Assembly (NCBI RefSeq): GCF_001194135.2
Contig: NC_068992.1
Location: forward strand, 9,567,199-9,631,198
Direction: 5' to 3'
Source of the DNA: Octopus bimaculoides
Lineage: Eukaryota
DNA length: 64,000 bases
Shown here piece after piece: positions 52,297-64,000 of the stretch. The notes below the pieces were generated by a model. The model saw only the letters and a list, made by a program, of their open reading frames with translations. It searched no databases and was not told the DNA's origin. The first letter of the stretch is position 1. Every line of letters begins with the position of its first letter. A program made the translations under genes and the position numbers.

Positions 52297-52458
52297 AGGT
52301 GCAGGCATAGCTGTGTGGTAAGAAGTTTGCTTCCCATCTTCATGGTTCCGGGTTCAGTACTACTGTGTGGCACCTTGGGCAAGTGCTCTCTGCTATAGCC
52401 TCAAGCCAATCCAAGCCTTGTGAGTGGATTTGGTAGACGCAAACTGAAAGAAGTCTGG
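52297..52458 (+). mobile_element. SINE family A, 5' half
   Basis: AGGTGCAGGCATAGCTGTGTGGTAAG..GGTTCAGTAC..GCCTTGTGAGTGGATTTGGTAGACGCAAACTGAAAGAAG. Confidence 0.88.
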
Positions 52459-53062
52459 AAATAAGCATAGACATTTAGAAATTTAGGAGAAACTTACGAA
52501 GATAATTTGGATAAATTTGGCAAAGGGTTAATCAAACGTGTCACAAAGTCATCAGTTATCCTTTGTCCCTTACCTTGAGTAAGACTGCATAGAAGATGAT
52601 TGCCACCCCTAACTAAGGGTAGTACTCAGTGTCCTGAACATCTGACTTTAAGCACACGGATGGTGGGGATATAGGTGAAACTTCCTTTAGTTCTCTAGTT
52701 TCCCTGGTAATCATTTTTTATTAGATATATAAAAGGTCAGCCTGTCTGCTGGGTTCTATGATACAGTGGCAATGAATATTTGGTGAATACGGAATACTGC
52801 CGAGGTATGATGGAGCATTCTATGATAATTTTGTTTCACGGTTTCAGTTCCTGACTCGAAACATTGCGTTTCTTGTCCGTCGTTCACGCTATTTCGAAAA
52901 CGGTGATGGTTCCAAATTACAAACCAGCGGCACTCTCACCAACAATCTCATATTTCATTTTCTGTCAGAAAAAAAATAATAATGATTTACTAGTCGAAAG
53001 ATTTTTCCCCCCAGATAACAATTTGTAGATGAGGAAAATAACAGACTAAATATATAAAGGTA

Positions 53063-53160
53063 AAGAAGAAGAAGAAGAAGAAGAAGAAGAAGAAGAAGAA
53101 GAAGAAGAAGAAGAAGAAGAAGAAGAAGAAGAAGAAGAAGAAGAAGAAGAAGAAGAAGAA
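53063..53160. repeat. (AAG)n microsatellite
   Basis: Direct reading; a second tract lies at about 60089-60152. Confidence 0.97.
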
Positions 53161-53807
53161 ATTAAATTGAAATTGAAAAGGGGAATTGGCCATCCACCTA
53201 CTTTTTATCTCGAAACTATGACCCACAGCTCGTATGTAATTACGATCAACTTACATCTTATTCATACTGCGGTCGATCATAAAACAATTTTATTCGGAGA
53301 TTCCTGACTGGCTTCTTTCAATATTGAAAAGAGACAGCCAGTATTATATTGAAGTAATTACGAGCAATCATAAGTTGTTAAAGAATGTTTAATCTGAATG
53401 GAAAAATGTGCAGGAATAATGGAAAATAAATTATTCAGAGGTCAAATGAGTCTTTGAGAAAAATGGAGAATATAAAACGAAAATATTTTTAGTTTCTGTT
53501 CTGTTGTTTTGAGTTTTGTTGTTTTAGAGCCAGATTATTGAGAAATCTGAACTAGACAAAAGACAGAACATTATAAACGAAAGGAAGAATTAGATAAAGT
53601 AGCAGAAGCAATGTATGCTTTCATCACTACGACAACCACTCAGAAACAACAACACCACCCTACATACTGTTCGCTAGCCTTCATACCAGCTATTTATATA
53701 GCTGCGGAAACAGTAGAATGCCCGACTAAAAGTACTGAAGCAATTACTGCTCGAGAACGACTTATTTTATCGGCCCCTACTCAGTAGAATGAAAGGCTAA
53801 GTAAAGT

Positions 53808-54116
53808 TGAAACTAACGTGCAAGTGGCTGAGCACTCCACAGACACGTGTACCCTTAACGTAGTTCTCGGGGATATTCAGCGTGACACAGTGTGACAAGG
53901 ATAACCCTTTAAATTACAGGCACAACAGAAACAGGAAGTAAGAGAAAGTTGTGGTGAAAGAGTACAGCAGGGTCCACCACCGTCCCTTGCCGGAGCCTCG
54001 TGGAGCTTCAGGTGTTTTCGCTCAATAAACACTCACAACGCCCGGTCTGGGAATCGAAACCGCGATCCTATGACCGCTAGTCCGCTGCCCTAACCACTGG
54101 GCCATTGCGCCTCCAC
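53808..54116 (-). mobile_element. Young tRNA-derived SINE family C with 9-bp target-site duplication
   Basis: Minus GTGGAGGCGCAA-TGGCCCAGTGG (A box)...GGTTTCGATTCC (B box)...; AAGTAAAGT at 53799-53807 and 54117-54125; inserted into a family B relic (about 53700-53807). Confidence 0.9.
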
Positions 54117-54490
54117 AAGTAAAGTCATATACTGGGGTTCTATTCACTCGACTATATTGTTTCCTTATGACATTGTGCTAAAGTTACAAAGAGGTTTTAT
54201 TTTAAACACACTGATGGTTAACGCTGTTGTTTGCAACTGAATGGAGATCGTCTTCTTGGTTACAAGACGTTAAACAAACCAATGGAATTAATTGTGAATA
54301 AGTTCACCATCATATGTCTATTGAATAGTACAACCGGACGGGAGACAAACACAGAGCGTCCCTAATTCTTCTACAGTTATCAACTAATTTATAATACTCA
54401 GTTTCACATTAATGATAAGACTGAGGTCTTCTCATATTCGCGGTGCCCGCAACAATTTTTTTTTTCGGATTATTCAGGGCCGAGAGCACA

Positions 54491-54534
54491 CAAAGCAAAG
54501 CAAAGCAAAGCAAAGCAAAGCAAAGCAAAGCAAA
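54491..54534. repeat. (CAAAG)n pentanucleotide repeat
   Basis: Direct reading. Confidence 0.95.
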
Positions 54535-54707
54535 ATAACATAGTGTGATTTAGGACGGTGGTCAAGGACGAACAGGCGAGCGGAATATGGCCTTAGGTCC
54601 AAGAAGACAAGAATAGTGAGCAACGCTTAGAAGATATCCTAAAAGATAGAAAACGGAGAGACAGAGAATTTGCGACTGGTTAGTTACGGGACCAGTGTGA
54701 GAAAGGG

Positions 54708-54748
<41 letters not shown>

Positions 54749-55361
54749 TAAATATATATTTACGTATATATATTGTCAGTGGATCACATATCCGAAAAAG
54801 AAGTACACCCTAAAATTTAATCTGGCGCGTCGTCTATAAAGCTAAACGCTTTATGGATGCGAAACTATTGGTCACTCTATGACCGGGATGTAAACATATG
54901 TATACACACATATATATATGTGTATGTGTAGGTATACATATACATATGTATGTATGTATGTATGTATATATATGTAAATATATGTATACTGTGTATATAC
55001 ATGTATATATATACACTTCTATATATACATATGCATATATACATATAGATAGATAAATGTATATATGTATTGTGTACATATATATGTATTTGTATATATA
55101 TATGCATGTGCTTATACGTGTGTATATATATATATATATATACAGATATGTATATGCACATATATATTTACGTATATACATATACACACATGTGTATATG
55201 AATATATATATATATATATGCATACATATGTAGCATGTATACGTATGTGTGTGTGTGAGTATGTGCATGTATGCGTGCGTGTGTGGAAATTCAACGTTCT
55301 ACCATTGAGCTTATCTTTCATATACTCACGCTCCTTCATTAACTCCCCTTCTTTCTCACTC

Positions 55362-55399
<38 letters not shown>

Positions 55400-55509
55400 N
55401 NNNNNNNNNCTCTCTCTCTCTCTCTTAGCTCTCAGTCTCAACCTTCTCTCTATCTCTTAATTTCTTTCCCTTTCTCATCGTCATCCATCACAACTGTTGT
55501 ACCTCATTA

Positions 55510-55556
<47 letters not shown>

Positions 55557-56488
55557 TCGACTTTTTTCTCTCTTTCTCTTAATTGATATTTATTTGTCTT
55601 ATGAAACATTATTTTCTTTACATCGTAGCTAGAGACCATCACGGTGATTGGGTAATTATCTGTAAACTAACAAATGACTGAGCGTTATCAGCCAAGTAAA
55701 ATCTGTTGCTACAATATAAGACGGACGGGCAATGCTAGCTGACTTGCCAAATCAAAATTCGATTCTGTACGAATGCAGCCGTTATTACCTCTGTATTCTG
55801 ATACAGTTGAAGTTAGATACCAGAAACTGCTATTGTGTGGGATATTTGATAAAAACAGATGGGAAACGTCATATCTATGACTTTGTCTCTTGTGAGACAC
55901 AATTTTGGAGAAATTCCAAAGAAATAACAAACAAATAAATTTATATATAATTCTAAACGAAATTAAAGTGGAAGTCATGAAATTATGAATCATGTGAACA
56001 ATGAGAAAATAATCAAAGAACCAGGTTTATTGAAACATAGCCTCAGAAGCTATGTAAGAAAGGAAAGTTAAAAGGAGCTGGGTTGTTGTTTTTTTACTTA
56101 AATATATTCACAAGATTAAAGGAGGCGAAAGCAATAAAACGATGTATATTTAAATATGAAAACAGAAATTACTGTTCAGGTAATATTATTTTCTTATTTT
56201 GGCACAAGGCCAGAGAATTAGTAGAATATAATATAGCTGATTGAAACAATTTCCAGTATAGTACAACTGGTACTTATTTCTTCGGGCCTGGAAGATTGAC
56301 GGAGAGAATTGTAGATTTGTACCTAGGATAATTTGAATACAACACAAAGTTGGTGTAATTTAAATAGCGAAAGGCATTGAGTCCAACGGTTTGGGCAATA
56401 ATATTATCACGGCATGCATTTGAGTGTTACATTGTTAAAAGCCTTTACTGCGGAATAAAATTGAAAACATAATGGAAATCTTTAACAA

Positions 56489-56812
56489 AGGCGCAGGCGT
56501 GGTCGTGTGGTTAAGACGTTCGTTTCGTAACCAATTGGATTCGGGTTCTGTCCCACTGCGTAGAACGTCGGATGTTTTCAATACGTTGTGAATAAAGAAA
56601 CCGTACGGAGTTCCATATGAGCACGCGCGCGTGTATGTGTGTTCTATTCGTTTCTATGTTTAAAGTTTACGTCGCTTTACATCTGACCAGTTTCCTGATA
56701 GATAAAATAACAGCGGTCTTAAAAATAAGTACTTGGCAATCGATATGATCGACTAAACGTTTGAAAGCAGTGCCCCTGGATACTCGCAGTCCAATGACTA
56801 AAACTAGTGAAG
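56489..56812 (+). mobile_element. Old diverged SINE family A
   Basis: AGGCGCAGGCGTGGTCGTGTGGTTAAG..GGGTTCTGTCCCACTGCG; tail CGCAGTCCAATGACTAAAACTAGTGAAG. Confidence 0.7.
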
Positions 56813-58855
56813 TTATTTTATGAATCAAAGTTTTGAGGCATTTATGAATTTATCCATCAAAATAAAGCAGGAAAATTTATGAAATGTGAAATATCCATGG
56901 GACTTTTTGATATATATTAATCGTTTCTAACTTAAGTTCAAAACAAGAAGTTTTGAGAAAGTAAACAACAAATTAAGTTAACCCCAGTATCCCGAAGTAA
57001 TCTTTACATTATCGTTCATGCAAGGGTAAAAAGCCTGATCAGATTCGGTTATTCGACTATTTCATAAATAATTTACCTAGAGCTGATAATTCGATATGAT
57101 ATTAGATTAAATAGGATTCCTACTTCTGAAAATTAAAAAGTTTAACATAGCCAGTCGCCCACATTGTAAAAACAGTAGCGTACAGGCCTGAAATGTAAAG
57201 GAATCCGATATTTTTGTTGCTCAATCTGGCAACCCTACTTATTCGATTAAGGCTGTCAGGATCCACACACCAACGGTAACAATAATCCGACTTAATCTTT
57301 CATTACTATTGAGATTGATTAAACCGGTATCTCCATATATCGAGAGGTTTTACCTTCTTTTCTGGTTTTGTGTCAAAAATCAAACAAAATATTTTCGTGT
57401 AGTTTTCATTGTTATTTATAGTGTTATTTATATGTCTAAGGATTGAGTTTACTATATTTAGAATAAATAGGGAAGTAGGAATCGCAGCATTCAGGCGTCC
57501 GTGTTGGATATTCACATTCGGGTTCGACTGAGATTGTTTCTCATCTCTCCATTTATCTAAGGCCAGCCCTACAATTTTTAGCCTCGTTTTATTAAAACTC
57601 TATTTTGTAAAAGTTTTCTTATCTAAACAGATTCTTAGATCTTAAATTCACACGTGATTCGAGATGGAACTTGTAAGTTAGGTTTGTTGCCATGGTGGAC
57701 GCTAGAGTATCAGGCTTGTCCGATCGTTCAGAAAAGTTCCTAATATCTGACTTATTATTATATGTCTACGAGAGCAGAGTCCATCCCGTGTTAGATCTTC
57801 TGATCACTCATTGTCCATTCATGACAGAGTGCAATATCAAACACATAGTTATTGAGTGATGAACTCTTTTCATCACTCCTCAATCATAAATAAAATGTTG
57901 CAAATCTGACCCTTTTTACCGTAATTTCCGTGGAGGAGGGAAAGTTTTCAGGTGTTTCCATTCCTTGGTCTCATTTTGCCAAATCTACCAAACTGTATTA
58001 ATGTTTCCTTGGATATCTCGAAAACGAAGTCTTTTTTTTTTTTGTTCTAGAACGGCTGAATTGAAGAATAAACTCTCTACTCGTTGTTTTACTGCATAAC
58101 AGGACGCTGATCTCTTTCAGTTGTGGGTTAACGGGTATCTTGCCTAATGCTATCGATTTCCTGCATTTTAATATTCTTATCGGGTCTTTTATCTTCATCT
58201 TATTTTATCGGTTCCTTTATTTGCATCTCAGTTGCCGCATTTTATTGTTTTTTTTTCTCATTCATTAGTTCTTATCATCTCATTGTATTTCATTTAAATT
58301 TTGTATCAATTNNNNNNNNNNNNNNNNNNNNNNNNNNNNNNNNNNNNNNNNNNNNNNNNNNNNNNNNNNNNNNNNNNNNNNNNNNNNNNNNNNNNNNNNN
58401 NNNNNNNNNNNNNNNNNNNNNNNNNNNNNNNNNNNNNNNNNNNNNNNNNNNNNNNNNNNNNNNNNNNNNNNNNNNNNNNNNNNNNNNNNNNNNNNNNNNN
58501 NNNNNNNNNNNNNNNNNNNNNNNNNNNNNNNNNNNNNNNNNNNNNNNNNNNNNNNNNNNNNNNNNNNNNNNNNNNNNNNNNNNNNNNNNNNNNNNNNNNN
58601 NNNNNNNNNNNNNNNNNNNNNNNNNNNNNNNNNNNNNNNNNNNNNNNNNNNNNNNNNNNNNNNNNNNNNNNNNNNNNNNNNNNNNNNNNNNNNNNNNNNN
58701 NNNNNNNNNNNNNNNNNNNNNNNNNNNNNNNNNNNNNNNNNNNNNNNNNNNNNNNNNNNNNNNNNNNNNNNNNNNNNNNNNNNNNNNNNNNNNNNNNNNN
58801 NNNNNNNNNNNNNNNNNNNNNNNNNNNNNNNNNNNNNNNNNNNNNNNNNNNNNNN

Positions 58856-59130
58856 TGGTAGACTGAAACTGAAAAAAGCCCGTCGTATATATGTATATAT
58901 ATATATGTGTGTGTGTGTGTATGTTTGTGTGTCTGTGTTTGTCCCCCCAACGTTGCTTGACAACCGATGCTGGTGTGTTTACGTCCCCGTAACTTAGCGG
59001 TTCGGCAAAAGATACCGATAGAATAAGTACTAGGCTTACAAAGAATAAGTCCTGGGGTCGATGTGCTCGACTAAAGGCGGTGCTCCAGCATGGCCGCAGT
59101 CAAATGACTGAAACAAGTAAAAGAGTAAAG
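58856..59130 (+). mobile_element. Young SINE family A, 3' two-thirds (5' end in gap)
   Basis: Near-identical to the rc of 13387-13620; ends AAATGACTGAAACAAGTAAAAGAGTAAAGAGT. Confidence 0.92.
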
Positions 59131-59693
59131 AGTATATATACTCTTATCAATAAATTCCACACTGTCGGATCGAACCAGGGTTTCATAACTGCGAAGCAAA
59201 CTCCTTTACAATTCGGAAGTTTGCATCAGGCCAGCCCTTATCAAGAAGAACCATGTTCAAATGTTTCCAGCTCTCTCATTTTTTATTTTATTTTCAGGCA
59301 TAATGTATTTATGGTTCTATCATTCAGTATACCATAAAGACAATATGGTACAATGTCAATGAGATTTGTCTCCTACTTCGAACAGGAACAACAATCATGT
59401 AGAGCTTCCCTTCATGATTCGTAACTATTCAGCATTAGTATAGTTAAATCGATTGGTTTAACCACTGTATATGAAGGGAAATTAATCTTAAGGCCTTGTC
59501 CAAGTAAATTAATATCTTAACAAAATAACTTGTACTTAATAGTTAATTAATAATTAATGAATTAGTAATGACTTCATAAAAGAACTGATCAGAGAAGAGC
59601 AACAAAATAACGTGAGAGGATTAGCAATCAACTCCTCTCTCTCTCTCTCTCTCTCTATCTCTCTTTTTCTCTCTCTCTTTTTCTCTCTCTCTT

Positions 59694-59735
<42 letters not shown>

Positions 59736-59912
59736 AGCACAGGAGTACGCATAACAAGCACAAACGTGACTGACGTACATGCACATAAGTGATTAACAAA
59801 AATACTGAAGCACAAACACATACATACACACACACAAAGACTGATACACGCATGCATAGGGACATACATATATACACAATTAATAAATATATATACCGCC
59901 ACACACACTGAC

Positions 59913-60008
59913 GTGAAAATACACACACGCGAGTCTGAAGAAGCGAGTCAAAAGGCAACAAATGAATTTTGTGATCTCGTTTCAGACTCGAACGGATCAT
60001 AGTTAAAT
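59913..60008 (-). CDS. Candidate exon 2 of a putative secreted-protein gene (3' end uncertain)
   Basis: CTTAGTATTTCAG| acceptor at 60009, in frame (phase 1) with the candidate exon at 60192-60240: (D)LTMIRSSLKRDHKIHLLPFDSLLQTRVCVFS; donors are weak (CGC|GTGTGT or CAC|GTCAGT). Confidence 0.25.
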
Positions 60009-60191
60009 CTGAAATACTAAGATTACGACAGAAAAAGGATTAGAGGACGAGAAATATGAAGAACAAAGGATGAATGAGGAAGGCTGAAGAAAGAAGAAGA
60101 AGAAGAAGAAGAAGAAGAAGAAGAAGAAGAAGAAGAAGAAGAAGAAGAAGAAGGGGTTATGGATGGAGTCTTTTTTCATAAATAAACTTAC

Positions 60192-60240
60192 CGATTTTAA
60201 TGCAAATAAGCATGGCAAGGAGAAATATCCAGTGGATCAT
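60192..60240 (-). CDS. Candidate first coding exon MIHWIFLLAMLICIKI (signal-peptide-like)
   Basis: AAC-ATG context; donor TCG|GTAAGT at 60191; 183-nt pyrimidine-rich intron to an in-frame acceptor. Three short uORFs lie upstream. Confidence 0.3.
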
Positions 60241-60672
60241 GTTAATGCTGCAACTTATGTTTTTCTCATGTATCACCACATGTTATTGCCATTGTTGGTT
60301 TTGTTTTATCGTGTTTGTTATTTATATATTTTTTATATCGGTAACCGTCTTGGTGTTATTGGTCGAAATCTCAAGACTGACAGACGGAACTGCTCGAACA
60401 TTGCACGACTGTTTCTTCGTTCTTGTTCAGTGTAAATGACACAGAAAAAAATGCTGAAATTAATAATTTAATATTTTTTTAGTTTAACCCGTAAAAAAGT
60501 GATGGTGAGTTGGTTTGGGGAAACCGGTGGCGCGTCCAACATATTTAAATATACTAGATAGTATTTAGTTGCCTTCAATTGAGTTCAAAAGCTGTTAGGG
60601 TCAACTTACTCTTGTTTATACTTTCGTAATCTGTAACATATGTACCACAAATCAACAAGAGAAACCCGACAG

Positions 60673-60894
60673 CAGAAGTGGGCAACCTTCATCGAGAAGT
60701 AGGCCACAATCGGGCCGCATGAGACACCGCTTATCATCAATCGGGCCGCATGAGACACGGCTGATCATCAAGCGGATTGCACTTCTAAAGAAAATTCACT
60801 AAACATTATTTTCCTCATGAAATAAGGCATACCGATCATGTATGCTCACGGGCCGCAGTATGTTCATAAGAGCTTCACAGGTTCGCCCAACGTG
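60673..60894. mobile_element. hAT-like MITE relic with internal 31-bp tandem duplication
   Basis: Ends CAGAAGTGGGCAACCT and AGGTTCGCCCAACGTG (degenerate TIR); GGGCCGCA three times; CAATCGGGCCGCATGAGACAC(C/G)GCT(T/G)ATCAT twice at 60707-60768; no 8-bp TSD seen. Confidence 0.6.
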
Positions 60895-61701
60895 CTAGAG
60901 AGAGCAGCAAAAGCTGTCTGAAATTACAATCCCGTCGTCATGAAAAGGGAGGGACACGTTGTATTCTTAAAAGTAGGAAAAGACAGGGTGGCCATGAATG
61001 GAATGCATCTGCTCATACACCGTCTGATCGATCAGAGCTGACCTTAGAACTAAACAAGCTTAACTGTGACAACTTAAAATAGATCTCCTGTTATTAGCCG
61101 GTGTTTCGAACCAATCGATTATACCTTTCCTTGCCATGCTTTTGGCAAAACGTCAATTACTGCCTAACAATGTAGTTTTCTTCTATCCTATCGTGTTTTG
61201 AATTCGAAATCCCATTGGCCTCGTTTTTATCTTTCCTTTCACCGGAGCAGAGACAATAAGGATCAATGATAAATTTAGAATCGATTCGACCGACGCCTCT
61301 ATCTCTTGTTAATTTATTCGCCTTGTGATATTCAAACAAGGCAATATTTTAGCAGAAGCTGTAAAACGCGATAGATTGGTTAGAAAACCGAAACAAATAT
61401 TCTTTACAGATACTTTTAATTTTATTCCTATGCTTTCTGAGTTCAAGACGTGCCTCAGATAACTTTGGTATTCATTCCGCCAAGACCGATAAAATAACTC
61501 TAACTGAATGTCGCCAGTTCTTTGATTTTAAATTATAAATTTATTGCTTTACATAAACGTAAGATACGAATCTCTGATTTGAAGTTTCAATTTCCTTTCG
61601 TGCATCCCTTAGACCTCTTTTACACCACTAATGTCTTTGAGAAAGACACGAATGTCATGTCGTCGCATTTTCTCTGTCGCAATATACATACATAAATGCA
61701 T

Positions 61702-61766
<65 letters not shown>

Positions 61767-63243
61767 GTGTATTGTTCTGTGATCGTAAGATCAACAAAAA
61801 ATGTACTCCATTTAGTGAGAGATAAATATTAAATATTAAATAAAGTTTATTAAATATGTATATAATATCAGGGGAATAAACTGGTTGTGTAATTATGCAT
61901 TGTGAAGTAAACATGGAAGAATAAAAGGTCAGCCACCGTTGAACTGAATAAGTTTGCAAACCAGTTCCAGTGTGCGACTGTAAAAAATTCACTTAACTTA
62001 AGCAATTCTTTCATTTGAGAAAGAATTACCAACGTGACACATATACAAACATCTCTGCTATAATCTGTTTTAAGAGTACATCAAATAATTCCGGTTCTTA
62101 TGTTACTAGGCTTGCATATTATCGATCCCCGAACAGATTTGAGTTCAAAATCTAATAATTCTTTCTCATAAATGATAATCCGGATGTATTTGTGTCAAAT
62201 GACGTAAATCCTTAAGAATTTAAGGTGACGAAACGAAATATTTTGACAGCCATATCTTTTATCGAATACATTACCATTGTAGTAAACATGAATTAATTTC
62301 AACTAAATAGCAAGCTCTGTAGTGAAGTTTTCAATATATAACATCCACATCTCGATTTCTAATTCCATTGCAGCCAGCAGTTTTCTTAACATTATTATTA
62401 ATGTTTTTGTGAAAGGTTAAATTTATTAAACCGATAAATTTATGAATAAATTTTAAAACGTGCTTCCTAGCAAATCATTTACACATAAGCTTCCTGCTAA
62501 TTATTAAGTCAATCCAACCACCGATGTTCGTGACACACATTTGTGTGTTTTCGTGTCTATTTAAAATGTCATTATTATGTAGTTCTAGCAAAACCTATAA
62601 AAATTCTACCTTTTATAAATATCCATCAGTGATTTGTTAATCAGTGTTTTTTTTAATGTCGGTAGAGGCTAAATTTATCTAAATATGCTGTTGCTAGTGG
62701 ATGCTTACCACTGATGACGCACAAATGTGCAGAAATGACGAGATCTAGCAATTCCACCGCCGTTACTGGGCGCTCTTAATCTGTTTCTGATCTTCTGTGC
62801 TTATTAACAATATACTTTTATACGAAATATAATCATTCAGCAACAACATACCCTCATAACCTCAGAGTCTACTACTAAATTCAGGCAACGACAAGCAGAG
62901 AGAACGTTCTTGAAGCCGAGTATTTTGAACTTATAGAGACAATATTTATCTATCACCTGAGGAAACATATCTCGTAATGCAGGGAAACAGTTGCATAATC
63001 AAGTATCTGAACACCTGGAGAACCACATTGCGTGGAAACAATTGTAGTGATCAAGAAATAAATGTCCAACCATACACCTTCTTGTTAACTCCAATTCTTT
63101 TAATTATCTATTCACACACGACACATGCCCAAACGCAAACCTGGCAATATGTATAATACTACTACTGGATAACACAGGGTAGATCTGAAGGTGGACAAGC
63201 TTTATACTGTACTCTACTACATTCTTAACAGAATATACCTTAG

Positions 63244-63285
<42 letters not shown>

Positions 63286-63309
63286 AGATAGATAGATAGA
63301 TAGATAGAT

Positions 63310-63352
<43 letters not shown>

Positions 63353-63573
63353 CAGACAGAGGGGGGAGAGAGAGATATATATAGATAAGTATGTATAAAT
63401 ATATATGTATATGTATATATACGCATATATATATATGTGTGTGTATGCATAAATATGTGTATATCCACGCACACACACACACACTGCATATGTATGTGTG
63501 TGTGCATAAGTATAGCATTATTTACAGTCATATACAGGCCTATATATATACATAGAAGCATGTATTCGTGTAG

Positions 63574-63648
63574 GTAGTGCTTTCAGCACGAATAGCTGTA
63601 GATAAAAGATATATTCCAGAAATAATTCTCATGCTGAAAGAGTGGGAG
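63574..63648 (+). CDS. Candidate 75-nt exon VVLSARIAVDKRYIPEIILMLKEWE (alternative acceptor 63587), gene unknown
   Basis: Strong donor GAG|GTGAGT at 63649; acceptors GTGTAG| and CTTTCAG| both keep this frame open. Confidence 0.3.
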
Positions 63649-63689
63649 GTGAGTAATGTTTCTTTTATTTTCATTTCTGTGGAATTTAA

Positions 63690-63895
63690 TTAACATTTGC
63701 AATTGATTCGAAATTTGTATTCGTTGAAAGCAGTAATATAAATCCCTAACACTAACCTTAACCCTCCTACATCAAATGATAATTAATATTAATTTGTCGT
63801 TCTTTGAACTCAGTTCAATCACTTTTAATGTCAACAAGGAGCAGCCATTTTGATTGGAGCCATATCGTAGTAGCCTCGTTTTCAAGTTGGATAGC
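63690..63895. mobile_element. Probable non-autonomous element relic with degenerate (CCCTAA)n
   Basis: CCCTAACACTAACCTTAACCC at 63744-63764 and CAGCCATTTTGATTGGAGCCATATCGTAGTAGCCTCG at the 3' side; termini not resolved. Confidence 0.35.
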
Positions 63896-64000
63896 AACTA
63901 AGGTAATTCATCTTTTAATACTTACCTCTCATTCATAATTTTATTACTTCTCTTGTTGGTTTATTGCAAAAGAGACCGATGTCTCTTTATATGTATATGT

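Noticed and set aside
52575-52613. Minus candidate exon LGVAIIFYAVLLK with AAG|GTAAGG donor
   Set aside because: Weak acceptor, and upstream acceptors give stops in all frames; insufficient support.
54040-54116. tRNA gene
   Set aside because: It has A/B boxes but no complete cloverleaf or acceptor stem, continues into a SINE body and is flanked by a TSD; the same applies to family A and B heads.
55709-55993. 94-aa minus ORF with hydrophobic N-terminus and GAG|GTAATA donor
   Set aside because: Very AT-rich codons explain the hydrophobicity; weak signals and no recognisable motif.
63744-63764. Interstitial telomere
   Set aside because: Only about 3.5 degenerate CCCTAA units; more likely internal to a non-autonomous element.

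Overview
AT-rich eukaryotic genomic DNA from a gapped draft assembly (18 N-runs, nearly all flanked by microsatellites). The repeat content matches what I recall of coleoid cephalopod (Octopus-like) genomes; that is inference, not a database result. No long, recognisable protein-coding ORF is present: the long entries in the ORF track are translations of simple repeats or N-gaps. The window is dominated by (1) di-, tri- and tetranucleotide microsatellites; (2) at least three tRNA-headed SINE families, here called A, B and C, which share and swap modules; (3) decayed LINE pieces (RTE clade, CR1/L2-like); (4) Tc1/mariner and hAT-like non-autonomous DNA transposons; and (5) short Penelope-like (PLE) remnants carrying minimal type-I hammerhead ribozyme motifs. 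One hammerhead (21046-21091) has a fully intact predicted core and four or five others are decayed. A few isolated, unnamed candidate exons with good splice signals occur on both strands, so the window may be intronic to large genes, but no gene can be identified. I found no CRISPR array, rRNA or genuine tRNA gene. The most notable signals are the hammerhead census, a SINE with twin-priming-like 5' inversion, and a covarying stem-loop shared between SINE families. None of this amounts to a demonstrably new system from sequence alone.
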